Positions 1 to 14,747 of a stretch of DNA of 64,000 nucleotides are shown in pieces (positions within the stretch are counted from its first letter, which is position 1; every line of letters begins with the position of its first letter). The position numbers and the translations under genes are program-made. The stretch lies in contig JALDZS010000125.1 of assembly GCA_022813965.1 (NCBI GenBank), forward strand, positions 1 to 64,000. Direction: 5' to 3'. The notes below the pieces were generated by a model. That model ran no database searches. It was not told the DNA's origin and worked only from the letters and a program-made list of their open reading frames with translations. Source of the DNA: Toensbergia leucococca (lineage: Eukaryota).

Positions 1-469
1 TTGACGTCGATGGCTGTTGCTCGATATGCTTTAAACGTCCAATCCAGCTCGCGAGCAAGGGGCTCCCGAAAGGTCGCAGACTCGAGATCCCAGAGGCTGA
101 ACGGAGCTCTGTCATAGACATGGCGGCTCCCAAAACCAGGGTTTTGTGTCATAAAAAGGCGTGGTCGTTCGGACTGAGACCGAGACTCAGATTGATCTTT
201 GCGAGGGTTTGGACTGGAAACATAGACTGGTTGTCGAAGTGTCACCTTGACAGGTGAGTTGCGGGTCATAATCATGTTGCACTTATTATCCGGGATAGAA
301 GACGGGGGGGGACAGTGTGCTGTATCGGAAAACGAAACGCCTTGAATCGATGTAAAAGCACAATCTGCTGGTGCCACGAACGTGCTGTGCACTAGAAGTG
401 ATATAGTTGTGGACAAGCAAAGCGAGCTATCAACTACACTGTGGTAATCACATGGCCACTGCCAAGATA

Positions 470-1346
470 CCGTATAATCTGTCATACAAGATATTAGTCT
501 TATAGTCCGTTTATCATCTGAAGGTCAATTGAAACCATATCTTATACTTCAGTAGTATCTTATAATAAATCATGTCTTATACACGGTTCCTTAAGTAAGG
601 TCTGAGCTGAGAATCAAATACATTCACTTGAGAAATTCATCATACTCACTACTAACCTGTCTAACACATTCCTGTCTAACACATTCCTGTCTAACACATT
701 CCTGTCTAACACATTCCTGTCTAACACATTCCTGTCTAACACATTCCTGTCTAACACATTCCTGTCTCATCTTTACACATCTCTTTAGTCATGACTGCAC
801 CTCATACACTCTCAAAGAGACAGATCACTGAACTAACTGATGAGCATCATAATAAAAGAAGTATGCTTTCAGAATGTACAGTGTGAGTGAGAGACATGTA
901 ATGTTAACAGAATAAGTGAGTATAACTTGAAGAAAACTGCATAGTAATAAAGCAGACTTCATACACAAAACCTTCAGACAAATAAAACTGATTCTAGCTG
1001 TGAATAAGAATAAGAATAAGAAGTTATGAATCAAGAATATATCAAATATTCAGATGAGAGACTGAACTAAAAGACCTGAAGAGACAATCAATCTTAAGTT
1101 AGTAAATAAAAATAATGAGAAAGGGAAGAAGAAAGAGAAGAATGAAGAGATAAAGAAGTGAGAGAAGGTTCAGATATTTGACACTGACAATGAGAATGAG
1201 AAAGAGAAGGTGAATTACATATCTGAGACCCCCCCCTTCCTCAACATGTAGATATTATTCTATAGACCAAAACACCCTCAGTCTCAAAAAGTCAATTTGA
1301 AACCATATCTTATACTTCAGTAGTATCTTGTAACCCGATTATACGG
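470..1346. mobile_element. Non-autonomous or decayed Tc1/mariner-superfamily-like TIR element with TA target-site duplication
   Basis: Left end TA|CCGTATAATC-tgtca-TACAAGATA (468-493). Right end TATCTTGTA-accc-GATTATACGG|TA (1324-1348) is an imperfect inverted repeat of it. The interior is AT-rich with no CpG from 586 to 1335 and no transposase ORF. Confidence 0.75.
656..767. repeat. 15-bp minisatellite (CCTGTCTAACACATT) x7 plus a partial copy, inside the TIR element
   Basis: Seven perfect units at 656-760, then CCTGTCT. It generates the spurious (CLTHS)n ORF. Confidence 0.97.
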
Positions 1347-1772
1347 TACTTGACTGTAGGCACGCTCGGATAGACTAGGCCAATCTAAGACCAGATTGAA
1401 ATTTTATGAACGTCAAAAGAGATGCCTGTAAACGTACCAAGCCCCGCGGGAGACAAAAGAAATGACTAGTGGCCATACAAAATTGTGTGGGAAAAAGCGG
1501 CGGGCTCCTTTGCTAGAATGGATCAGGAGGAGAGGCTGGTGAGGCTTATCCACGTACATATTCGGGTAAAATAACATTGGTGCATAAATTGTGAGACAAC
1601 ACATGTTGATGACGCAAGCGGCTCTACGGATACAAGTCTCATTGAACCCGGTGATTCATAATCTACGGAGGTAGTAGTCTCAGGCTTTCTCGAGGCGCCG
1701 ACCTGGAGGCCTATGATCAGACACACTTCGGTATTATAGATATCAATAGGAAAGATTTTGCCTCCTAGCAAT

Positions 1773-2961
1773 ATGGCCACTGAAAGACCATCTACGCCAC
1801 CACCCCAGTCCGCAGCTCCTCGTCCCGGTCTTCTCCCCAGATCGCCCCTTACACCAGAGCAGGTCAAGAAGATAGTGAGTCTTATGCCGTCGGATCCCAA
1901 TATAGAATAGCTTATGTATGTAGGAAATAAATCGACTCAAAGCCAAAGCCCTCCGCGATCAACGTGAAGCCGAAGCCCGCAACCAAGGCAATCCCACCTC
2001 TCTCCAACGATCCTCCAGCAATTTAGCCGCTGGTCAAAAGCGTGCGCACTCTTCAATTTCTACCTCGAATATCCCAGCGACGCTACGAGATGGACGAAGT
2101 ACAGATCCTGCCAAGAATGGGGGATTCCGCCCACTGGATGACATACAGCCGGCGAGGAACTTTACCAAATTTGTGGAGTATGACTTTAGTAAAATGACGG
2201 ACACAAAAGGCGGTTTTCTGACTGCAGAGGATGATCCACATAATAAGGCACTGCATGCATTGAACGGAGATGAGAAGCCGGCGCATATGACTTTGAAGGA
2301 GTGGGAAAGGCATCAATTACTCAAAACGCTGCGAGAGCAGAGGGCAGGCCCGTTTGAGCCAGGATTGAGTGTCCTGAAGAAGGAAGGGAACAAGGTATGC
2401 CGGGAATGTGGAAGTCTGGAGATTGACTGGAAATGGGAAGAGATCTTTGGTTGCGCTGTCTGTAACGGGTGCAAGGAAAAGCATCCGGATAAATACAGCT
2501 TACTTACGAAGACGGAGGCAAGAGAGGATTATCTTCTGACAGATCCCGAACTAAAAGACGATGAATTGTTACCTCACCTGGAGAAGCCGAACCCGCACAA
2601 GTCTACTTGGAATAACATGATGCTCTACCTAAGATATCAGGTCGAAGAGTATGCCTTTTCGAAAAAATGGGGCTCTGCCGAAGCTTTGGACGAGGAGTTT
2701 TCGAAAAGGGAGACGGAGAAGAAGAAGCGGAAGGAGGACAAGTTCAAGTCGAAGTTGCACGAATTAAAGAAGAAGACCCGGGTGGAGGCGTATCGACGGA
2801 GTAGGCAGGCTGGAGCTGGTGGAGGGGAATTTGGAGATGAGATTGGTAGGGGTGGGAAGCATACGCATGTGTGGGGCAGGGTTGTGGAGAGCGAGGAAAC
2901 GGGTATTGGGGTCAAGACTTGTGTCGAGTGTGGTATGGAAGTAGAAGAGCTGGAATTCTGA
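1773..2961 (+). CDS. RAD14: DNA damage recognition protein Rad14/XPA (nucleotide excision repair)
   Basis: ATG 1773 (MATERPSTPP). Intron 1875-1923 (GTGAGT..TAG) joins in frame to the 2173-2961 ORF. C4 zinc finger CREC..CAVCNGC, XPA motifs LLTKTEAREDYLLTDPEL and KPNPHKSTWNNMMLYLRYQVE, C-terminal CVECGMEVEELEF. Confidence 0.95.
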
Positions 2962-3595
2962 GTTTTGTTGTATACTACCAAGCACGCGCTAGCATTGATA
3001 GCTGAATCGCATCGTGTGAGACCTCATACCTTTTCCCCTTGTATCTTTGTAACTAGGAACGCCATCTAAGTAAATTCAGCTCAACCTAAACCTCTGCAAT
3101 GTCTTGCATACTCAGATCTTGAAGATACGGTAGAGTCAAGTCACCCTATGTAACATTATGACATACGGTAAGGAGTACAGAGTACCATGTGGGATGTTGC
3201 AGTTTAATTTGAAGCCTCTAACACTGAAAGCTTCCACGCTAACTGTATTAGGAATGGGGCTTTTACTAGCACGGCAAGTAGAATCATGGCCAACGACAAT
3301 ACCGTTCAGCGCGCTCACCTTCGGACTCTTTCTGATATTGCAACGCCGGAGCAATTGAATCTCTCTCTACCAGGTCACACTTACCCTAGCCAACGCTCTT
3401 GGCCATCTTCAAAGCCACCTTTACCGCCGCATCACTCGCTCAATCTACCCTGCTCTCCAACTCATTTATATCCTCTTCGAACACTGGTGACCACAGCGTC
3501 GCATCATAGCATCTTACATACTCGAAGCAAATTTAATTTACTTGGTACTGGCCCCCATACCATTTTACGGCCGCTTCGAGGAGCCGGTGCCGTAC

Positions 3596-6393
3596 ATGGC
3601 CTGGCAGAATTCGGGTATGGGGGGCGGTGGAGGGCCGTCTGGTAACGGTGGAGATGGGGGCAATAATGGAGGACAGTCGCAAGGTACTGAGTACACATTA
3701 CAAGGTACGAGAGACGCCTTTGCCCACTTCCCACTGGTCCCAGAGTCCTGGAAGGATCTTCATTTAGAGTCATGTCACTAACACTCTTCTCCAAATAGGC
3801 GTTATGCGCTTTCTGCAGACAGAATGGCACCGACATGAGCGAGATCGTAATGCGTGGCAGATTGAGCGAGCGGAAATGACATCCCGAATTGGGAAGTTGG
3901 AGGGAGACGGAAGGACGAGTAAGCGGTTACAGGAATCGCTGGGCAAACACGTCAAGATCTTGGAAAATGCTCTCAGGAGAGAGAGAGAAAAGTCAAAGGT
4001 TGCCCAAGCAGGCGAAAAGACTGAAGAGAAGAAGGAAGGTGCGGAAGCGGTGAAGCAGGACGTTAAAACTGGCTCAAAACGTAAATCCTGAGCAAAGGGC
4101 TCAAGATTAATGCTGACTTTGTGGATGTAGCTCAACCTCCGAAGCCGCATAATTCCTTCCTGGACATGGATAATGAAGACCCCATGTCTCCAGAATTGAA
4201 ACAGGACACTGAGCGAGATAAATCGCGGGTATATCTTGGAAAGTGTATACAAGAAGTCACATATCATGTCGTACCAATAAGCAATTCTCAACAACAACAG
4301 CAACACTACGCGGATGATCAGGAGCCGATTTTACGAAACCATCAGTATAGTAACCATCAACAGCCTCAACGACAGTCTTTAGAGGAGGTATACGTTCAAC
4401 AAAGGCAAAAGCAACAACAGAACAACGTAGGAATTTTAGGACCCTCGCCATTACCGAATCATCAACCACCTCCCATACCTCGAGTATCCGATATCCCTCC
4501 ACTTTCTCGTGGATCGCAACAACCAGAACAAGCGTCTTACATGTCTCGAAGCCTGCCCGAACAACAAATCCAGTCTCAAAGCGAACCTCTTACAGCTATA
4601 GATACCCGGAACAAGGCACAATCTCATGGATTTCCATCAATACCGGAAGATCATGTTGAAAAAGTATCCCATAGCTACGATTCATACGGACGCTCAATGC
4701 TATCATCGTCAGAAGGTCCGAATCATCCAGATATTAATGCAATCGTATTCGGTGATGAGGGGGGAAATCCTGACGCGGATGGCTGGAACTTTGATGATCC
4801 TCCTGAATCTTCGAACGTAGATGAGCAGCCACCCCCAGATTACTCGGCGCCTCAACGATCTGATACTGAAATCTTCCCTAATGCCAACAACATGTCCCTG
4901 AAATCGCCACCACGAGGTGGACCTGGATCACATCGAAGAAAGAATTCATTGTCACGAAGGCGGCAAAGCGATGGGTCACACGAGGTACGGGAGCTCTCAT
5001 CATCTCACAGTAGCGGGAGTATAAAGGGCGATTCTTCAACATTCAAGGTCCGCTTCGCTTTACGAGGCCATCTCGATGTCGTACGATCTGTCATTTTCAC
5101 TGGTGGAGGGAGTCCATCGGAGCCGGAGATATGTACTACTGGAGATGATGGGGTTATCAAGAGGTGGATAATACCTGCCAGCTACGGCGGATATAATCAT
5201 CACGGGGGATCATCCGGCAGTGACTTGGACGTGCCCAGCTACTTTACACATAGAGGACACACAGGCTCCGTCATGGCATTAGCGGCATCACCTGCATCCC
5301 AAATCTTTTCAAATGGAGGTAGAGCTTTGGGCGATGGATGGGTATTCTCGGGTGGGCAAGATGCTACCGTCAGGGTTTGGGAACGAGGTAGGGTGGATCC
5401 GAAAGCCACACTGGACGGGCACACGGATGCTGTATGGACTATTTGCGTTTTACCTGGATCATCGGCTTCGGTTCTTGGAGATCAAAGTAATCATCATGGT
5501 GGACCAGATCGAATAGTGCTCGCTTCAGGCTCGGCAGACGGTACGATACTGATATGGGCCGTTAGTACACCTCCGCAGTTGACATCGCCCCATACTGGCT
5601 CCCGAAGAGGCGCTGGAGGAAGTCGAAGAGCCAATTCCGTATCTTCTGGCTCCAATTTCCCCTCGTCACCACAACCAAGTATCGCCACCTCAACACCCTT
5701 CCATTACTCCCTAGTCCATCGAATAGAACGTGTCGATCACCCATCACCTACCTGTATAAGTCCGCTATCCATGTCCGGCGACACATTTGTTGTATCCTTC
5801 GCCGACGCCTCCGTCTTGATCTATGATACCCGCACCGGGGAAGAAATAATCGGGATGGCCAGTCAGGAGACCTACGACGGTACTTCCAATACAGGCGTTA
5901 ACGCTGTCGCAGCTACAACTGTCGGACTAGACGGCACCCTCAGCTTGGACTCCGGGAGAGGCGTCTCCGAGGACGAAAGCATCGTTCATGGTGCTACCGG
6001 CTCTAGCGGCGGCGTCGAAGGCATGGTTCTTAGCGGTCATGAAGATCGCTATATCCGCTTCTTCGATGCTAATAGCGGTTCGTCCCCTTCTTTTCCCCAT
6101 TCAGCTCCAACAGATTACTAATCACCATTGTAGGCCAATGCACATACAACATGCTCGCTCACCCGGCAGCCATCTCCTCCCTTTCCCTCTCCCCCGATGG
6201 ACGCGAACTTGTCTCCGCCGGCCACGACGCCAGCTTGCGCTTCTGGTCCCTTGAAAAGAGATCATGCACCCAGGAAATCACGTCTCATCGGCTGATGCGT
6301 GGGGAGGGCGTGTGCGCGGTTGTGTGGAGCGCGGATGGGAGATGGGTTTTGGGTGGAGGAGGGGAAGGGGTTGTGAAGGTATTTGGGAGGTGA
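3596..6393 (+). CDS. pro11: Striatin (STRIPAK scaffold; Pro11/StrA/Far8 family), WD40
   Basis: N-terminal striatin motif [32 protein letters not shown] split by an intron. C-terminal WD40 repeats ([30 protein letters not shown]). Introns near 3705-3798, 4082-4130 and 6078-6133. Confidence 0.93.
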
Positions 6394-8650
6394 GGATTTT
6401 TCGAAAAAGAGGGAAAGCGGATTGGGGAATCTAATTGTTCGTTTCGTGCATGTCGTTGTTTTGGGGGTGAACCGATATGCATCTTCCTTCTTTTCTTCCC
6501 AAATTTTTCTTTGAACCTCCTTGTTCCTTCAGTCACCCGTTTGGGATGCAGTCACCTGAGCGCCCCAAGATTGCTGCAGGGTCTGTTTGAGCGTGTGTTG
6601 GGGGGCGGGTGCTTGGAAGGTCATATCAACCGGGTTTGCTGCTGCTGCTGCTGTTTTTCATCGCCATTTCCCATGCTATTATACCAATCATCGCGGGGTG
6701 GGGGCTTTTTTTGTGTTGCATGCATGTGCATAATGCATCTGGGAGAATAAAAAAGATGGGTTAGTGGGCTTTTTTCATGTTCACTCTTTCTTTTTTTTCT
6801 CTTGACGTGCACATTCTGTTTTTTTGGGGGTGTGTGAAGGAGCGGGGGTTTGGGGGGGTGGTCTTTATGTTCTTTGTATTTATGTTTTTTTTGGTTGAGG
6901 GGGTGGTTGTGGTAGTTTGGCTGAGAGAGCTTTCTGTGCATGAGGAGGGGGAGGGGGAGGGGGAGGTGAGGAGAGGAAGGTAGTAGAGTTGAGCGCTAAG
7001 TGAGAGCGGAAGCAGGAGCAGATGAATTGAATTTTTTATATACCCCTTTTCACATACAACACACATAAAATTGATCATTCTGCCCTGCTCTTTCTTTTTG
7101 AGTGAATTTCTCTTTGTTGTTGTTATTGTGATTTAGAAACCCCTGAGGGAACGAGGGTGAGAGATGTGTGGGGGGAGGGCGTGTCAGTGTCATCTTGACT
7201 CCAAATGCTTCGAAATTCCGTTTGAACCGCCTCCAAGGTTTTGATCATAACGGAGGTACTTGGAGTATTCACCATCAGTCATTATCACAGATGAAGGAAA
7301 AAGAAACGGATTCTTTAGTAAGTGAGGGCCAAGGATTTCTTTAAGAGCCTTGGAAAAGGGCTAAAGCCTGACCCGGAAAGAGATGGAATAGAAGCTGCTC
7401 TAGCAATATCTTAGCAATGCACCGCGTATCCCATCTCGTGAGCCTCAGAGCCGATGTATCTTCCGCAGATACACGGTAGACGCTTGCTGACTACTAACGA
7501 CAAATCCAGAAATCCCATCTCAATTGCTTTTCGCGTCACCGTTCCTCGCTAGCTAGGACCGCTTGTACCAAAATGGAGACAAGAGAAAAAATATACAAAG
7601 AAGAGGCCCCCCCAAAAGCTGTGAATTTGCATGATGGAATTATGTTAAGGAGCGTGAGGCTGATGGTGAGACTTTTGAGAACGCGGCCAAGGACAATGGG
7701 ACGTGGGACGTTGAAGGAACGAGATGTAAGGGATGAATGAAAATGTTTGGGGAGTCTATCTTAATAGAGATTCCATCCCGGACGGCGAACGGCGAATGGC
7801 AACCCTGCCCCCCTTTTTCATAACACAATTGATCATTGCTCACCAGTAAAGAGAAGTATCAAACGTGTGAGAGCAAGAACGAGGGTGTCCGAAATGATAT
7901 CCGAGAAGCAATCATGATGAGCGACGTGCTCCCAGGACTTCAGGCTGCAATGAAGGGGGCGATGGCTGAGGCACGTATCGAGTTACCGTATGGGTTTGAA
8001 AGCTAGTATGCATATTCTACCAACTAGTCGAGGGGGGATCGTAGGTACCTTAGGTTTACTTGGCCAAGAGGGTTTGATACAGAATCAATCAAAAGCAGAA
8101 AAAAAAGTTGATAAAATAAAAAGATGTTTTTTTTGCTGATTATGAGGAAGAGGGTGAGCCGTGCAAAGAGATGAAAGATGGATCGAAAATCAAGTGAGAA
8201 AAGAAAGGGGAGGAAGGGAAAGGAAGAAGTGAGGAGAAAAAGATGGATTATTCACATGGGTACTTTGAACGAGTGAAAAATCCAAACATCGATGTAAAAG
8301 TTAAAGGAGTGCGAGAACTAGAATAGAGAGAGAGAGAGAGAGAGGGTACCTCTAAAAGATGAGAAAAGGGGTGAGATTACCTTACCCAAGACCCACTCGT
8401 GCACTGTTCCCCCCCCCGAAACACCATCAGCCTTCAAAGCCGATTTGAACTTCACAATCTCATACACCCAGTAGTATCTCAAACAGGCTAGGCAGTAAAA
8501 GCACACATAATAGCACACAAAGAATTGAGAGAATAGATTGTCTATAAACAGCTACGACACCACACAACCACCAAAGGCGTCAAAATCCGCGCTCGTCCTC
8601 ACGCAACGCTGCCTCAAACAGATATCTGTACACTCCCTCAACTACGATGT

Positions 8651-10628
<1,978 letters not shown>

Positions 10629-10929
10629 TGTGAACGATGTCAAAGAGCGAAGAGAGATAAGAGTGGAGAGGATTAAAGGCTATCGAGCTTGATCAGAGGA
10701 GTCGAGTACAACCGTGAGGTGAAGTTTGGATTGAGGATTCAGCTAAACCCGATTTGGTTAGCAAGGTAACTCTAAGGTCAAATTCACGACTTCAATTCTC
10801 AACATCGCGGCAGGATTAATGCTATTACGTCTCCATTGAGCTACGACAGCTAGCTATAGCTGTGTACTTCAGTTCCTGAGCTCCAAGACTCAGCTGCCTC
10901 TACCAACAGTTCTCCACCCTGCCCTCGTC
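10629..10929. promoter_or_regulatory. Short divergent (probably bidirectional) promoter region ATP2/COX5
   Basis: About 300 bp between two head-to-head start codons of OXPHOS genes. Confidence 0.6.
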
Positions 10930-11719
10930 ATGCTTCGCACTCTACCTAGAGCTGCCCCCAGCTCCTCGTGCCTAGTACCACCCTCGATTCGCACAAGTCT
11001 TCGGACCTCGAAACCTTCTCCTGCGATCTGCTTGTTTGATAGGAATCAGATACAGACACGCCAAGCTACTGCTCATGCCATTTCCAACCCGACACTTGCC
11101 GGCATTGAGAAGCGATGGGAAGTAATGCCTCCACAGGAGCAGGCGGATCTTTGGATGGCATTGCGGGATCGAATGAAGGTCGATTGGCATGACTTGACGA
11201 CACAAGAGAAAAAGGCTGGTATGTGCGAGCTATAGCCCACCTAGCAATTTTATACTACAGCCTACGATCCTTGTGTCGTGTTTTCTTCCTGCCTGTTCTC
11301 TCGATGATTTAGAGCGATCAAAGCTGATGCCTATCTCCCACCAGCATACTGGATCGCATTCGGACCCCATGGTCCCCGCGCTCTACCTCCCCCTGGCGAA
11401 GGGAGAAAGATCTTCGGCCTAACTATGCTCGGCGTTGCCGTATCCTTTGCCCTTTTCACCGTCGTGCGGTATCAATCACGCCCACCACCAGACACAATGA
11501 CCAAAGAATACCAAGAGATGACAAATGAATATCTAAGGGTGCGTTTTGTCTTCAATACAGCATTTGAAGCCATATGTTGTTGGTGCCAAGCTGTCTCTCA
11601 CGCAACACTAACATTTCCCTCTTCCCTAGAACCAAAACGTCGAACCCATCTCCGGTCTCTCCTCCGAAGGCTACGTCGGTAAAGGCCAAGTGCAAAGCAA
11701 GCCCGCCAAGAAATCCTAG
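10930..11719 (+). CDS. COX5: Cytochrome c oxidase subunit 5 (Cox5/COX IV family)
   Basis: Presequence, then HAISNPTLAGIEKRWE..LTTQEKKA/AYWIAFGPHGPR, a TM helix and TMTKEYQEMTNEYL/NQNVEPISG..EGY. Two introns; stop TAG at 11717-11719. Confidence 0.93.
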
Positions 11720-12172
11720 AAACCAAAGCCCCTTGCCTCCTCTCTCTCAAGCTTGTGTACTCTACCAGTCTTCCAGTTTCCTTCTTCTCCCTCGCAATCA
11801 CAGGTACATAATCTTCTACCGCTGTGTAAGGATGCTTCTTCTCCACGGACGGGAAAAAGTGTAGCAGGCGCTTGCTTCTGTCGTTGTGATTGGTTGAGGA
11901 AGATCGGGTGACTCGTGGCGGTATAGCATAGGTATCATTGTACAGACTTATAGAGAATTTCTTTCCGTGCACATGTTCAATTGCTGATGAAATTCTCGAA
12001 CCCTAAAACAATGATTGCTCGCTGAAGTCATCATTTTATCTGGCCAATACCCAGCCCAAAACACCATTTAATGCACTACCTTCTCAAAACCCAATTCCCA
12101 GCCTAGATCGTCCATTCATCAAATCCCATCACCCATCACCCATCACTCATCACAATCGCGCATTCCATCTCA

Positions 12173-14094
12173 TCACATAACACCCGCAGCCTTACTCTTC
12201 TCCCGATACTCCTCAAAGCTGCCCGTGCCGCCTTGGTCCCCATCATCGGACTCGCCCCTATTCTTCTTCACCGACGCTTCCCACTGTTCCTCTTCCTCGG
12301 CTATTAGAGAGTGAAACTTATGTTGTTGTCCTCGCGCGAGGTAGATGGGAGCTATTTTTCTTCGAGCGACAGCTTCGTTTATGAGAACGTATTTGATGCT
12401 AGAGCCTGGTTTGTGTTAGTGAATTCGCATGACAAGAAATTTTGATTACTTGAAAACATGGAAGCATTTGAAAAATGCTCCAGAGCGAATGTGAGAACGG
12501 AAAAAGAGTAGGAAGCGCGCTTACCTGGGGCTTCGAACATTGTTTCCGTCAATAGTCTCTCGCAGCAAGTTCTTAATCCTCTAGCCCCAGTTCCCATCCC
12601 AAGACTGCTCTTGGCCACTTCTCTCAACGCAGCACTCGTGAATCTCAACTCAACACCACTTAATTGAAACAACTGCTCATACTGCCTTATTAGACTGTTC
12701 CTCGGCTCCGTAAGTACACGCACAAGCGCCTCCTCATCAAGAGCGGACAAAGCGGCCGACACAGGGATTCGGCCTACGAGCTCGGGTATGAGGCCGTAGG
12801 TCTGAAGGTCTGTAGGCTCGAGCAGATCGAGAGGATTGTACTGTGTTGTGGCTTGGTCGGGCGAGGCAGGCGTGAAGAATGGGAGGTGTTTTTCGAAAAG
12901 CTTGCTTTCTTCGGAGCCCGGTTTGGCCGAGATAGTGATATCTGTACCCTTAGATGAGGAGGCTGAGGAACGGATGGGAGAGCCAAAACCAATCGATCCT
13001 TTAGCGATGCGATTGAGTATTAATTTTTGAAGACCGACGAAGGCGCCGGTGAAGATGAAGAGGATGTTATCGGTGTTGATATTGTAAGTCTCAGCTTTCG
13101 AGGGACCGGAGCTGGTGTTGCCTGTGCCGGACGAAGCCGGCGATGAAGGGCCGCCCATGATGCCGCCAGAGAGAGGGCTATTAGTTGGGTACACCTTTTG
13201 GCCGGCTCCTGGACTTCGAGAAGATGAAGATTTCTCTTGTTTTGCCTGGATTTGAAGAGTAGTCCCCTCGACTATTTTCAGAAGCGCCTGCTGGACGCCC
13301 TCGCCGCCGACGTCTTTGCCATGACTTACTTTTGCCGTGGCAATTTTGTCAACCTCATCTAAACATATTATCCCGTGTTCTGCTCGGGCAACGTCGTAAT
13401 TCGCCGCGGCAAGCAGACGCTGGACGCAGACTTCCGCGTCTTCGCCAATGTAGCCTGCTTGTGTGAAAGGCGTACAGTCGGACATGCTGAAGGGCACAGC
13501 AAGAACGCGAGCGAGTGTTTTAGCCATAAGGGTTTTCCCAACACCTGAGGGACCGAGGAGGAGAATATTTGTCTTTTCGAGGGTCAGAGGTGACGGATCA
13601 AGTAGTGGAGGACTACCAAGGGAAGGAGATGGCGGATGGAGAGGAATGGTTTGTTGCTGCCCTGGAAATTCGTCTGAACGATGTTTGGTTAGTGTGGGCT
13701 CAACCAATATCATTTGATGCGTTTACAAACCCTCTAAAGGATGCCTCTCACCCATTTCTCGGCGCTGCAACTCTTGTATCCTTTGATAATGATTATATAC
13801 CGCCACACTCAGCACCTTTTTCGCCCTTTCTTGACCTACCACGAATTGATCTAGGTGTTGTTTTAGAACTTTGGGCGTTAGACTCGGCGCCCCATATATC
13901 GACGCTTCTCCCAATGGACCCCCTGTAGGCTGTCCAGGCTCATAAGAGCCAGTGAAGGGCTGACCAGTGAAATCTGAACGGTGGAATTGTGAGGAGCTTG
14001 ATGTTGCTGACGTAGTAAAGGAGCGATAAATTGAGGACAAGGATATATAGGAGAGGCGCGCCTGAACCCCGATGAAGAGGGTTGGATAGGTCAT
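12173..14094 (-). CDS. clpX: Mitochondrial ClpX/Mcx1 AAA+ unfoldase
   Basis: [23 protein letters not shown], Walker [18 protein letters not shown], Walker [12 protein letters not shown] loop (GSIGFGS) and TGARGLR. Two introns. Confidence 0.93.
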
Positions 14095-14747
14095 GATATC
14101 GGGTCTCGCAAGGAGTCAAAAAGAGGATGCAGGTCCCTGCACTCAACAATCACAACATCGGGAGAGTCAAATTTCCGAGCTGGCAGGTTGGCAGCGAGTC
14201 ACAGAAGTAATGCTAAGCCCAGATCAGTCCCAGATTCGAGCTGTTCATTCCCCTCCTTTCGTTAAGGTGAGTGTCCGAGGTAGCGTGTGTTGCGTGGAGG
14301 CCTGGATTCGTCCTCCCTATACTACCATCTGACACGAGATCTTGTAGGCGTTAGTGATATATGCGGCGCTCTTGGGACGGGATGTACATGATGGGCCCTT
14401 CGGGCCTCGAGGTCGTTGTCGCATAGGGAGCACGTGATGATAGTTTCGGCGAGGCTAATGTGCAATGACGTCAAGGCTGCAGCCCCGCAAGGCATCCTGG
14501 GTTGTTGAGCAATCCGATCTTTGCACTGCCGGGAATCTCTAGCTCTCGATTTATTGATAATGGTGGGGAAAATGATCATCAAGAACCCCGCTGTTACGGA
14601 CAAAAGCCAACCCTTGAATTGGCAATCTACTTTACGCTTCTAGTCAACTATTATATCTGCACGGATACTTCAACTACGATAAACATACAATCTCTCGAAA
14701 AGCTCCCACAACGCAATCTCTTTAGCACGTGAAGGCAACTTCTCAGG

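Noticed and set aside
1..121. Possible 5' end of a minus-strand gene (MSMTELRSASGISSLRPF...) running off the window
   Set aside because: Only about 40 codons are visible and there is no recognisable motif.
628..831. ORF with (CLTHS)n repeats, or a CRISPR-like array
   Set aside because: It is the translation of a perfect 15-bp tandem repeat with no spacers, inside a decayed element in a eukaryotic genome.
7466..7970. TACTAAC..CAG intron-like signal and a box C/D-like pair (ATGATGA 7914 .. CTGA 7966) in the striatin-ATP2 spacer
   Set aside because: No terminal stem and no rRNA-complementary guide that I can identify. Such short motifs arise by chance.
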